From Tetramitus jugosus (taxonomy: Eukaryota; Protista; Heterolobosea), in contig OW569374.1 of the NCBI GenBank assembly GCA_937625935.1, positions 248,001-312,000 on the forward strand: a DNA stretch of 64,000 bases, in the 5' to 3' direction. The notes under the pieces were generated by a model. It was not told where the DNA came from and did not search any database. It saw only the letters and a list, made by a program, of their open reading frames with translations. This document shows positions 43,512 through 53,982 of this stretch, in pieces (within the stretch, counting starts at the first letter, position 1; each line of letters opens with the position of its first letter). Position numbers and translations under genes: made by a program.

Positions 43512-43793
43512 AGCGCCTCTTTAGTGGAATCAAGAAGGATATCGCCAAGAAGACAGCAAAACAGTTCGTGGATAATACTAAGAGGAGATGTGTTGAGGTG
43601 ATGCTTCGCCTCTTCACAACCTCCAAAGAGATGGCTGGTTGCTGATGCTCTACGAGCACCAGCAACAAACAATGCAAAAGTGACGGCATTCTGCCGTCAT
43701 AAACAGCTACATCATGTGGAAGAGAAACAACAACGAATAAACAGCGCAACCATTGGTTGTATTAAAAAAAAAAAAAAACAGCAAAAGCGCCTC
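43499..43793 (+). mobile_element. Non-LTR unit 3: ~250-bp 3' fragment with up-to-21-bp TSD AAAAAACAGCAAAAGCGCCTC (43499-43519 / 43773-43793)
   Basis: 43520-43645 encodes FSGIKKDIAKKTAKQFVDNTKRRCVEVMLRLFTTSKEMAGC*, colinear with the unit 2 C-terminus. Two hairpins, AATAAA at 43736, TTGGTTGTAT and A15 run. Confidence 0.88.
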
Positions 43794-43797
43794 GTGA

Positions 43798-44049
43798 TGT
43801 CCATGGTCAACGGGAAAAAAGACACAGAGGCGAAAGCTGTTCATTGATACGCTTGAGGATATCAAGCAACACCAAACATTCCAGGAAGAGAATGTGTATC
43901 AGTCAAGGAACAGGCTGGAGTTTGTCAAACAATGTTTGACTTTTGATGGATACATCAAAAGAAGGCAATGTGACGATTGCTACCTCGCTAGATACGTACC
44001 AACTACGGAAAATAAAGAGAGCACTACTCACAACTACGTAAAGGTCTAA
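43798..44049 (+). pseudogene. Possible fourth, older ORF2 fragment
   Basis: Open frame WSTGKKTQRRKLFIDTLEDIKQH...RNRLEFVKQCLTFD aligns by eye to unit 2 YARGRDDLKEILFRERKATIEQY...KNQFEFLKNPFVID. Confidence 0.45.
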
Positions 44050-44320
44050 TCAAACAAAAACTCATGGCCAACTCGACTGTGAAACCTCTATCCGGAGGGC
44101 ATTTATTTGGAAAACCACAAAGTTTTCCGGCGGAGTTTCGAAAGTGACCTTTTTGGAACCATCCAAGCTACATAAAAGAATCTTGACGAAAAAAATAGTG
44201 ACCAACTAAGGAATTTTTTCTGGAATCCGCTTCGGATGGAAATAGACTAGTTGTCGAAATGATACACCAAGAGGATTGTGTTCCTCTCACCAACAATTAA
44301 CTGAAAACAAGAGATAAATC

Positions 44321-46138
44321 ATGTCATGTATTGATATTATATGTGTCCACTACGCAGACAGTGATACTTACAAGTGCTCTCCATTCTTTGTCCGGTTCTC
44401 TCAAAAGTCGACCGAGACCAATCTGGTTCGCATCTATGTCCACGAAGAGAATCCTCCTTGTTGTATGTCTTCGGGTGCAGAAAGCATGGATCCCACATCT
44501 TCCTCCGAATCACCTCCACGATCCACAACAACGATACTACCGCACCCTCAAAACGTGCTCGACAATCGAACAGTTCAGTCTCATCGTAACACGGAGAGCG
44601 TCACTGGAGACACGTGCTTTGTGCTCGAGAAGGGACACAAATATCCCTATTTTGTGAAAGCGAAACAATTTCATGACCGTTCATTCTCGATCAAATCATT
44701 CATTCCTTCGACACCGGATTCCTCATGCTCTTCGGCATCGAGCTCTCGGTCATTCACCCCCTCTTCGAGCTCATCCATGACACCAATGACACCCAGGACA
44801 CCTTCCACACCGCTCACACCACTAACACCACTCAGTCGAGCTCAAACACCCCTGCCTTTCACTTCCTCTCAAGCAGACTTGCGTCACTGCTATTCCAATC
44901 ATCCTCAAGTTATGACCTCACAACAATCACCACCAACACAACAACAACAACAAAAACAACGACGACAGCACTCTGTGAGTGAGCCAGCGACTCCTGAGAG
45001 ACACAAGCGAAGTGGCCTCTTCTCTAAATTGAGACGTCATAGCTCTCGACACAAACTCGCAATCGATGAGAACACATCCGCAATGCTCAACTCGGATTCT
45101 TGTCCAGATTTAGGAAACAACGAAGAGGAATCGATAGCCGGTGAAACACCCAACGGTTCTCCTGCTTGTCATCAACACGAAATGAACCTCAATGGTTGCC
45201 AAGATGATCATGTGATGATGCCCAATCCAACGGAACCAACAATGAAGAAAAAGAAATGGATGGACCGTTGGTTGGACAAGATTAATCGTGAAACGCATCA
45301 CGAAGAAGTGTTGACTCCACCTTCGGACTTTATTAAACGAATGAAGTTGAAGAAGGAAGTGACCAAGATTACTCTAAAGGCCAATGGACAGACCATTGAA
45401 GGCCGAATATTCCTCTGGGACAGTAAGCAAAGGTGCATCATTAGCGACATTGATGGAACCATTACACGAAGTGACACCAAGGGCCACATTTTAACCAGAT
45501 TAGGTGTGAATTACTGTCATCGAGGAATCATTAGCCTGTTCAATCAGTTGAGCAACAAGGGGTACAAGATTATGTACTTGACAGCACGACCCATCACGTT
45601 GTTTCCACGTACGAGGGACTACATTTGTCGCATACAGGAAGGAACGTGCAAAATGCCCATTGGCCCAGTGATCACTGCACCCAACAAGACATGGAACGCT
45701 TTTGCACGCGAATTGATCATTCGGAAACCAGAAACGTTTAAAATCGCCATTTTGAAAACAATAAGAGAGTTGTTCCCTGCAGATCACAATCCTTTTGTTG
45801 CTGGGTGGGGCAATCGAACAACAGACGATTGTTCATACATATCTGTTGGTATAGAACCTTCGAGAGCATTCCGAATTAATTGTAAGGGTGAAATTGTGAC
45901 TTCAGATGATCAATTCTCCTCGATGAGTCATCTCGACCACATGCTTGAGAAATTAGGCGTATTTCCTCATTGTAGATCTGGTGTATCTGAAGCAGTTCAA
46001 AGATATCATGATCTGCAGGAGACTTTACAACATCCCCTTGAGTTAGTTGTGAATATGAATCGAAAGTCAAAGGGAGGTATTGATATTGAAAAATTCATCA
46101 GAGAACAATACTCAACTCCTGGAAGCACTGAAACATAA
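44321..46138 (+). CDS. Lipin / Pah1 phosphatidate phosphatase
   Basis: N-LIP-like CIDIICV...CSPFFVRF; C-LIP IISDIDGTITRSD.KGH, YLTAR and AGWGNRTTD. Confidence 0.93.
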   Translation: MSCIDIICVHYADSDTYKCSPFFVRFSQKSTETNLVRIYVHEENPPCCMSSGAESMDPTSSSESPPRSTTTILPHPQNVLDNRTVQSHRNTESVTGDTCFVLEKGHKYPYFVKAKQFHDRSFSIKSFIPSTPDSSCSSASSSRSFTPSSSSSMTPMTPRTPSTPLTPLTPLSRAQTPLPFTSSQADLRHCYSNHPQVMTSQQSPPTQQQQQKQRRQHSVSEPATPERHKRSGLFSKLRRHSSRHKLAIDENTSAMLNSDSCPDLGNNEEESIAGETPNGSPACHQHEMNLNGCQDDHVMMPNPTEPTMKKKKWMDRWLDKINRETHHEEVLTPPSDFIKRMKLKKEVTKITLKANGQTIEGRIFLWDSKQRCIISDIDGTITRSDTKGHILTRLGVNYCHRGIISLFNQLSNKGYKIMYLTARPITLFPRTRDYICRIQEGTCKMPIGPVITAPNKTWNAFARELIIRKPETFKIAILKTIRELFPADHNPFVAGWGNRTTDDCSYISVGIEPSRAFRINCKGEIVTSDDQFSSMSHLDHMLEKLGVFPHCRSGVSEAVQRYHDLQETLQHPLELVVNMNRKSKGGIDIEKFIREQYSTPGSTET

Positions 46139-46186
46139 AATGTTTTTGTAAGATATATAACCATGAACTCCATCCACTATCTTTAC

Positions 46187-48046
46187 TTATTTTCCTGAAA
46201 GCAAATCCTTTTTCAATCCCAACTCCTCTATCATGCGTTCTCTCATGATAAACTTTTGAATCTTGCCAGTGACTGTCATTGGAAATTCATCTACAAATTT
46301 AATGTATCTGGGAATTTTGAAGTGCGTAATTTTGTCTTTGCAGTATAACTTAATTTGTTCGTCTGTTACTTTCCCTTTAGCATGTTCCTTCAAAATAATC
46401 CATGCACACACTTCTTCTCCATACTTGGCGTCGGGCACTCCAATCACTTGAACATCGAAAATATCTTCATGTCTGTACAAAAAGTCTTCAACTTCTCGTG
46501 GATACACATTCTCGCCTCCTCGAATTAACATATCCTTGATTCGTCCTACAATTGACACATATCCACCTTCATCCATAACTGCCAAATCACCAGTGTGCAT
46601 CCATCTGGATGAATCTAGCACTTCATCAGTTTTTTCTTTGTCATTGTAGTATCCAAGCATGACAGAATACCCACGAGTGTACAATTCTCCAGTCGATCCT
46701 CTTGGAACGATATTTCCATTCGAGTCAACTATCTTGACCTCTAAATGGTCCAACACGGTACCCACAGTTGATACTCGCTTTTCGATTGGATCATCAGCTC
46801 TAGACTGTAACGACACTGGTGACGTTTCAGTCATACCATAACAAATTTGTACCTCCTTCATATGCATTTCATCAATGACACGTCTGCAGACCTCGATAGG
46901 ACAAATGGAACCTGCCATAATACCTGTACGGAGTGAATCTAGCTTGTACTGGTGGAAACTCGGATGATTCAAAGTGGCAATAAACATTGTAGGCACACCG
47001 TACAGTGAAGTACACTTGTGCTTTTGAACGGATGCGAGTACTTCAGCCGGATCAAAACCTCTTCCTGGATACACAATTGTAGATCCATGAGAAAGACAAT
47101 TTAGATTGCCCATAACCATACCAAAACAATGATACAATGGAACAGGGATGCACACGACATCTCTCTCTGTATAATTTAACCTCTCACCCACAAAAAATCC
47201 GTTGTTTAAGATATTGTGATGCGTTAGTGTCGTACCCTTTGGCTTACCGGTCGTTCCAGAAGTGAATTGGATGTTAATCGGATCATCAAACTGTAGCTCA
47301 TTTGCAATGTCGTTCAACATGCCTTTGTCGATCCCACCTGACAACTTCATCAAATCACGATGGAAATCCAACACGCCACTCATGTGTGGATAGAGTTGAT
47401 TTGGATCTTCTGAGGCTTCATCTCTGATCTGAACAACACATTTCAGATGCGGTATTCGGGGCACATGGAGGTGATTAGGCCTGCTTGTCTCTAGCTCTGG
47501 TATCAAATCATGCAACAACTTTAAATAGTTGCTTGATTTAAAACTTCTGGCACAAATGAGAACCTTGCACTCAACCTTTTTTAGTGCAAACTCCAGTTCA
47601 TAGGAACGATAAGCAGGGTTAATATTCACGAGGATAACACCCAATTTGGCTGTCGCAATTTGCAGCATGAGCCATTCGAGACAATTGGGTGACCAGATAC
47701 CTAATCGATCACCCTTCTCAAGACCCAACTCAACCAATCCCATGCACAACACATCCACCAACTGACTCAATTCACTATAGCTATATTTTACATTTTGATG
47801 ATCCACAATGATACCTGGGTTGTTTGGGAACTGATCTACAATTGAATCGAAATGAGCACCAATGGTCTTTCCAATCAAGGGTGTATTGGATGTGCCATGA
47901 GCGTAGCTTGGTTGCGGAGTCGATTGAGTTGTAGTTGCATAAGGGCGGCATTTTTGTTGTAAAGTTGTGGCGTTGATCGGACTAAGAATAAGAGAGCGAA
48001 TTGCATGTCGAGCAAACTTTTGATGAAAGACCAGAGACAATGACAT
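46187..48046 (-). CDS. Medium-chain acyl-CoA synthetase (ACSF2-like)
   Basis: [50 protein letters not shown] and TGKIQK motifs. Confidence 0.95.
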   Translation of the reverse strand: MSLSLVFHQKFARHAIRSLILSPINATTLQQKCRPYATTTQSTPQPSYAHGTSNTPLIGKTIGAHFDSIVDQFPNNPGIIVDHQNVKYSYSELSQLVDVLCMGLVELGLEKGDRLGIWSPNCLEWLMLQIATAKLGVILVNINPAYRSYELEFALKKVECKVLICARSFKSSNYLKLLHDLIPELETSRPNHLHVPRIPHLKCVVQIRDEASEDPNQLYPHMSGVLDFHRDLMKLSGGIDKGMLNDIANELQFDDPINIQFTSGTTGKPKGTTLTHHNILNNGFFVGERLNYTERDVVCIPVPLYHCFGMVMGNLNCLSHGSTIVYPGRGFDPAEVLASVQKHKCTSLYGVPTMFIATLNHPSFHQYKLDSLRTGIMAGSICPIEVCRRVIDEMHMKEVQICYGMTETSPVSLQSRADDPIEKRVSTVGTVLDHLEVKIVDSNGNIVPRGSTGELYTRGYSVMLGYYNDKEKTDEVLDSSRWMHTGDLAVMDEGGYVSIVGRIKDMLIRGGENVYPREVEDFLYRHEDIFDVQVIGVPDAKYGEEVCAWIILKEHAKGKVTDEQIKLYCKDKITHFKIPRYIKFVDEFPMTVTGKIQKFIMRERMIEELGLKKDLLSGK

Positions 48047-48198
48047 GTCGTTTACAAGGCAAATATTGGTACAGGGAAGTGAACGTCGCTCTCGTTTTGT
48101 TTTTTCTCGAAAGCAAGCTCAGAACAGCTATTTTTTGATTGCATGTCAAAGGGGATTTGGTGTTTGACTCTTCTCTGCAATCCGGAAAATTTCGGACT

Positions 48199-49400
48199 TT
48201 ATTTAAACTTCAACCTATGCAGGTCGTGAGTCTCTTGCTGTGAAGCTGACAAGGAAGCAATGTGTTCTTGATAAATACGGAGGAAGGATTCATTGTCAAC
48301 CTTCAATAGGATAGTTGCTTGACGTGGTTTTGTGCAGGCACTTCTAAAGTCTGCCACTGTTTGACCATGTGTCACTTCACCTTTCGTTTCGGTATCGACA
48401 AATCCTCGTTGATGCTGGAAAAGCTCAGGATGCATGAGGTACATTATTATGGCGGCATCATGCACATAAAGGTGCGGTGCTCCAATGCTCACATAAGCTT
48501 TCAAGTAATAACGAGAAATCAGAGACAAAAACCGGCCCACATAACCTGCCTCCTCCAACTTATCCAGATGAGATTCATCCATTGTAATTTGATGTGTAAC
48601 ATCAAGTGGAGCAATAACAATATCAGGAAATGATTGGAAAATGAGCTTTGTTGCCTCTGGATCATGGAAGACATTCGCTTCAGCTACAGGTGAAACGTTA
48701 CCTCGACCATTAAAAGCACCACCCATCATACACACTCTCTTTGCCAATAATGGCAAATTTGGCTCAAGTTTCAATGCAATAGCCACATTGGTCTGTGGTC
48801 CAATTGTTACAATACTAATCTCACCTGGATTCTCTGCACATAGTCGTACAATAGCCGCAGCTGCAGAGAGTTGATGAGATCTGGGAACAACTACGACATT
48901 ACTATCATCAGAAGAAGAAGAAGAAGAAGAGGCGCACCCATCGTTCGATTCATAACACCCAACATCATCACTCGACTCACTCAGCAATACTGGAAATTCA
49001 TCAAGTGACACATCACCCAGACCATTTTCACCGTGGAATCGTATGCCACCAAAACCTGGACCATATCAGCAGCAGATAATTAACACCATTCATCACCACT
49101 GCCTTGTTAGCAATACTCGACTCATTGACTTATTTGTGTGATCACAGGCAAAACAAATTACTTACCATGAAAAGGTCTCATCAATGGATCTTTTGCGCCA
49201 ACATAGACAGGAATGTCAGTCCTGTTGACGAGCTTTAGAATTTTTCGAGCATTGTTGGCCAAAAGCTCAACATTCCCGTGGTTGCCATGAACAATTGTTA
49301 AAGCTTCCACTTGAATACGAGGAGATGCAAGAGCCAATAGGATAGCCATGGCATCATCCACTCCAGGATCACAATCAATGATAATTCTCTCAGTTGACAT
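48199..49400 (-). CDS. Inosine-uridine preferring nucleoside hydrolase; exons 49400-49166 and 49055-48199
   Basis: IIDCDPGVDDAMA, HGENGLG (restored by a GTAAGT..CAG intron at 49165-49056), GPQTNVA, AEANVFHDPEA and VHD motifs. Confidence 0.93.
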
Positions 49401-49499
49401 TTTGTGTTTTGGTTTTGTTGTCGACGCGAACACAAGAAAAAAAGTTGGAAGAAAACATGAATTATCCGAACGAAACTTTCCTGCTTTATTCTTGCGAGA

Positions 49500-50588
49500 T
49501 TACAAACCAAAGAAGTAAATGTCCTGGGCACCATAAGTCTCACCGGCGTTGATGACACACTTGGCGACCTCTCTGTAGGCCTTGAGACACTTCTTGTATG
49601 GGCAAGAGCTCTTGTTCAACAAGACAGAAGTGGAAAGCGAAACAGAGTTAGGGCAATTCTGGGCCAAGCACTGCAAATAAGCATTGGTTGATGGCTTTCT
49701 GAATCCGTCAGTGTAGTAGCACTCTTGAATCTTGTTTCCATAGTTTCTATTCTGGCAGACAAGATAAGTGCAATCACAGAACTCATCACCGGTGCAATCA
49801 CCTTGCCTGTAACACCTCTTGTTCTGGCACAGTCCATAATCACCACCACACTCCTCAGCATAGTCAGCAACACAGTCATATGAACCAGTGCAAGATTCAC
49901 GAAGTCTTGGTGGATAAGTGCAAACGTTGTCAATACACTTCAAAGCAGCACCAGAAGCACCATCGTCGACTGGTCTGCAAATATCTGATGGAATGTCTCC
50001 AAAAGGTGTGCAGCTGTCACCTTCCTTCTTGTAATCGAGAGAGACACAAGTGATGTTGACGCACCATGAAGATGAGTCACATTTTCCACCGAGACATTGC
50101 TCTCCAATGGTTGGCAAAGCAGTACATTTTGAGTTGACACAGCCAAAAAGGTCGCCCTTGAATGGTTTGCAGTCAGATTGTGTCACACAGCTATCACCAG
50201 CCTCAGCATAGGCACAGCTTCCAGAATTACACTTGCGAGATTGACATTCAATACCAGCAGAGCACGACTTGCCAACTTCCTTGGTCCACTTGCACTTGTT
50301 TTCAGTCTTGTCACAGTAGATGGCTGGATTTTCGTTGACACCAAATCCCTTGTAGCACTCGTAGTGGTGAGTGCATTTATCACCAATGAAAACTTGCTTT
50401 GGGAAGCAGACACCATCTGTTGGGGCACAGTATGAGTCACCGAGACACTCGAATTCATCACATGTTTGGTTGATACCACTGTAGGCACGGGTGCATTCAA
50501 AGAGCTCTGGAACCTTAACAGCTTTTGTCGTTGTTGCCAGTAGAGTTAGTACTAGCGCAAATAGAGTCACAATAATAGTAGTTCTCAT
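49500..50588 (-). CDS. Cys-rich secreted protein, tandem copy 1
   Basis: Signal peptide, repeated G..C.....C....C....C modules, ends YFFGL. Confidence 0.85.
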   Translation of the reverse strand: MRTTIIVTLFALVLTLLATTTKAVKVPELFECTRAYSGINQTCDEFECLGDSYCAPTDGVCFPKQVFIGDKCTHHYECYKGFGVNENPAIYCDKTENKCKWTKEVGKSCSAGIECQSRKCNSGSCAYAEAGDSCVTQSDCKPFKGDLFGCVNSKCTALPTIGEQCLGGKCDSSSWCVNITCVSLDYKKEGDSCTPFGDIPSDICRPVDDGASGAALKCIDNVCTYPPRLRESCTGSYDCVADYAEECGGDYGLCQNKRCYRQGDCTGDEFCDCTYLVCQNRNYGNKIQECYYTDGFRKPSTNAYLQCLAQNCPNSVSLSTSVLLNKSSCPYKKCLKAYREVAKCVINAGETYGAQDIYFFGL

Positions 50589-50887
50589 GATAGATGATAG
50601 ATAGAAATGTGAGTTGTGTTTTTGTTGTTCGTTGGGTGAACGTTCGTTTGTGAAATCATTCTGTGTGTGTGGGAGCAGCGAACTCAATGTGAACGTTCAC
50701 CCAACCCTCCATGGATTGTTATCCCAAGTTCGATCGTTCTTCTCATTATACGAACTTGGATGAATCAACAATCTGTCAATCAATCACGAACGGATCACCC
50801 AAATCTTATTGACCTTTTTTGAACTTCTACCCCTTCGTTGCTATGTGAAACTCGGGACAGTAAGAAGCTTTATTGTATCTTGAGTGT

Positions 50888-51991
50888 TTAGAAGCCAAAA
50901 AAGTATGGATTTTCAGCACCATATTCTTCACCAGCCTTAATAACACAATTGACGTATTCCTTGTATTGACCGCGACACTTCTTTGCGGGACAAGAGTTGC
51001 TGTTCTCCATGACAGCTGAACTAGTGTAGACAGTAAATGGACACTTTTCAGCAAGACACCTTGTAAAGGAGGTTTCCCTTGTTCCTCTCAATCCATCCAC
51101 GAAAGAGCACTCATGAATTCTATTGCCATAATTTCTGTTCATGCATACCAAGTTGGTACAATCACAGAATTCGCTAGGAAAATCGCAGTTATTATTTGAA
51201 GAGCACGGTTGCTTTTGGCATGTACCTAGATTGCCATTACAAGACTCAGCATAAGCACTAACACAATTGTTTGTGGCGTTGCAATATTCACGGAGTCTTG
51301 GTGGATAAGTGCAAATCTTATCAATGCACATCATATCTGATCCTGCTGCACCATCTCTATTTGGCCTACAGACATTAAATGGAATGTCACCACCAATGGT
51401 GCACGAGTCACCTTCCTTCTTGTAGTCCAGTGGAACACACGATCCTTTGACGCACCATGCTGAACTGTGACACACATTACCGAGGCCTCTGCATGGATTA
51501 CCGGCCTTTGGCTTGGCTTCACATCTCGAATTGACGCATCCAAACAATTCAGTCTCAAATGGCAAGCAATCATAATCAAGGGTACACACATCACCAATCA
51601 CCTTTTGAGTACAAATGTTGTTGGAACACTTTCTAGATTGACACTCAATGTTGCTTTGACACTTTGCATCAACTTCCTTGGTCCACTTGCACTTATTTTC
51701 AGTCTTGTCACAGTAGATGGCTGGATTTTCATTGACTCCGAATCCTCTGTAGCACTCATAGTGATGAGCGCATTGTTGTCCAATGAAGATTTGCTTTGGA
51801 ATACATCTGTTCTCTGCACAGAAGGAGTCACCAATGCATTGGGATTGCTGGATGCCACCACATGTTTGATTGACACCGGCGTAGGCATGGCCGCACATTT
51901 CGAGTTTGACTACGGATTTGTCATAGGCATGGGATGAGGATGCAAGTAGGGTTAGTACGAGCGCAATTACAGTCACAACAATGATTTTCAT
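50888..51991 (-). CDS. Cys-rich secreted protein, tandem copy 2
   Basis: Paralogue of copies 1 and 3; ends YFFGF. Confidence 0.85.
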   Translation of the reverse strand: MKIIVVTVIALVLTLLASSSHAYDKSVVKLEMCGHAYAGVNQTCGGIQQSQCIGDSFCAENRCIPKQIFIGQQCAHHYECYRGFGVNENPAIYCDKTENKCKWTKEVDAKCQSNIECQSRKCSNNICTQKVIGDVCTLDYDCLPFETELFGCVNSRCEAKPKAGNPCRGLGNVCHSSAWCVKGSCVPLDYKKEGDSCTIGGDIPFNVCRPNRDGAAGSDMMCIDKICTYPPRLREYCNATNNCVSAYAESCNGNLGTCQKQPCSSNNNCDFPSEFCDCTNLVCMNRNYGNRIHECSFVDGLRGTRETSFTRCLAEKCPFTVYTSSAVMENSNSCPAKKCRGQYKEYVNCVIKAGEEYGAENPYFFGF

Positions 51992-52246
51992 CTCTCTTTA
52001 TATTTTCTAATTGATTTTGTTCGTTTTGATTTTAGGTGGCACTTCACAAAGAAACAAGTTCTCTTTCGCACTGGTTGAGCCTCCCTTGTTCTTCGAACGG
52101 ATGGTGACAGGTGAGAGGATGCCCAAACTGATGATTTCACGTTACCCCCTTTGTATCCGCATCTTACAAGATAAGTTCGGTTGAGAAGCAGTTGGTGAGC
52201 GAGGTGTCGATTTACGATATTCAGTTTATTGACGAGTCAGCGATGA

Positions 52247-53407
52247 TTAGAACATGAAGGCAACGTTGAAGATGATCAACAACACGGCAATCATTGGGCT
52301 CAATCCGGACAAGCTGGCAGAACTGACACCAAAGAAGTACACATTTTCTGCGCCGTATTCCTTTCCAGCTTCTCTCACACATCTCACATTTTCCTTGTAT
52401 TGAGAACGGCACTTTTGATAAGGGCAAGACTTGGTGTTGAGCATGATGGATGAAGAAGTGTAGATTGTGTCAGGACACTTCTCCTTCAAGCACTTAGTGA
52501 ATGCAGTTGCTTGTGGAGCTCTCAAACCGTCAACATAGGAGCACTCATGAACCATGTTGCCGTATTTCGTGCTCATGCAAACGTTGTTGGTGCAGTCACA
52601 GAATTGATTAGTACCACATGCAGTGTCAGAGTAGCACTCTGTCTTTTGGCATGTGTCATAGTCACCACCACACTCCTCAGCATAGTCAGCAACACAGCCA
52701 TATGGACCCGTGCAAGATTCACGAAGTCTTGGTGGATAAGTGCAAACGTTGTCAATACACTTCAAATAGGTACCAGAAGAACCATCTTGAGTTGGTCTGC
52801 AAATATCTGATGGAATATCACCGTTGATTGTGCAGCTGTCACCTTCCTTCTTGTAATCGAGAGCGACACAAGTGATGTTGACGCACCATGAAGATGAGTC
52901 ACATTTTCCACCGAGACATTGCTCTCCAATGGTTGGTAGAGCAATACATTTCTCATCGATTGGATGGCAACCCAACAATTCACCATCGAATGGCTTGCAG
53001 TCAGATTCTTGCTTACAGGCATCACCAGCCTTGACACGAACACAGACACCAGAGACACATCTGTTCGATTGACATTCAATGTTCTTTTGGCATGTCTCCT
53101 TGACTTCCTTGGCAAACTTGCACTTGTTATCAGTCTTGTCACAGTAGATGGCAGGGTTCTCATTTGGATCATTGAATCCTCTGTAGCACTCATAGTGATG
53201 AGCACACTGTTGTCCAATGAAGATTTGCTTTGGAATACATCTGTCTTCAGCACAGAAGGAGTCACCAAGGCATTGGGAATTATTGTCAGCACAGGTTTGG
53301 TTTACACCACTGTAGTAGTGGGTACAACTTGGAAGTGTTGGAACATAAACAGCTTGGGTACTTGCTAGTAGGGTTAGTACTAGTGCAAACAGGATAATTG
53401 CTTTCAT
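52247..53407 (-). CDS. Cys-rich surface protein, tandem copy 3, with GPI-signal-like tail
   Basis: Paralogue of copies 1 and 2; ends YFFGVSSASLSGLSPMIAVLLIIFNVAFMF. Confidence 0.85.
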   Translation of the reverse strand: MKAIILFALVLTLLASTQAVYVPTLPSCTHYYSGVNQTCADNNSQCLGDSFCAEDRCIPKQIFIGQQCAHHYECYRGFNDPNENPAIYCDKTDNKCKFAKEVKETCQKNIECQSNRCVSGVCVRVKAGDACKQESDCKPFDGELLGCHPIDEKCIALPTIGEQCLGGKCDSSSWCVNITCVALDYKKEGDSCTINGDIPSDICRPTQDGSSGTYLKCIDNVCTYPPRLRESCTGPYGCVADYAEECGGDYDTCQKTECYSDTACGTNQFCDCTNNVCMSTKYGNMVHECSYVDGLRAPQATAFTKCLKEKCPDTIYTSSSIMLNTKSCPYQKCRSQYKENVRCVREAGKEYGAENVYFFGVSSASLSGLSPMIAVLLIIFNVAFMF

Positions 53408-53982
53408 GATAGGGATAAGGTAGTGACAGTTATTTGGTTGTTTTTTGTTTCGGTAACAACACCTGAAGTTCACACACACTCACTCTGTGTGGGCAGAACG
53501 TTCAATGTGAACCTCGCATTAGAGTTCGATTCCCATTGTGTTGTTCGTTGGTGGTGCCTGCGATCTTTTTCTCACCTGTCACCTGTCTCCGCCTTTTTTT
53601 GGGCAAATCGGGCCACGGTTCACAATCGTTTACACGAATGATCTTGTTGTTCCGGGTCTACGAATCTGTACTCAATCGAACTGGTTTCTCCAACTGTAAA
53701 CCAGCTAACTTGCTAAGTTTTCGGTGGTCCAGTTCGATTAGGGACCAAGATCAATGTGCTAAGCAAGAGGTCCGAAACAATTCTTTGAAATAACGTTGAG
53801 AGAAGTGACATCCAGCAAATTCTGAATTATTTCCGCTGCGAAACTCCAAGAAAAACTGGAGGAGCATTTTGTCGGAGCAAAGATCATTGGAAGAAAAAGT
53901 GCAGGTCGCGAAAGCTCAAAAAAACAAAGTTCTCGGCGCCGCAACGCAGAAAAAGCAAACAACAGACAGAACAACAACAAAA

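Noticed and set aside
41345-43793. CRISPR-like or integron-like repeat/cassette array
   Set aside because: The repeats are staggered overlapping copies of one site following A-tails, the spacers are 250-1300 bp, and there is no cas or integrase gene. TSDs explain the pattern.
34493-43793. Functional link between TERT and the nearby retroelement stack
   Set aside because: They are separated by unrelated genes, no telomeric repeats were seen, and the tRNA accounts for the element position.
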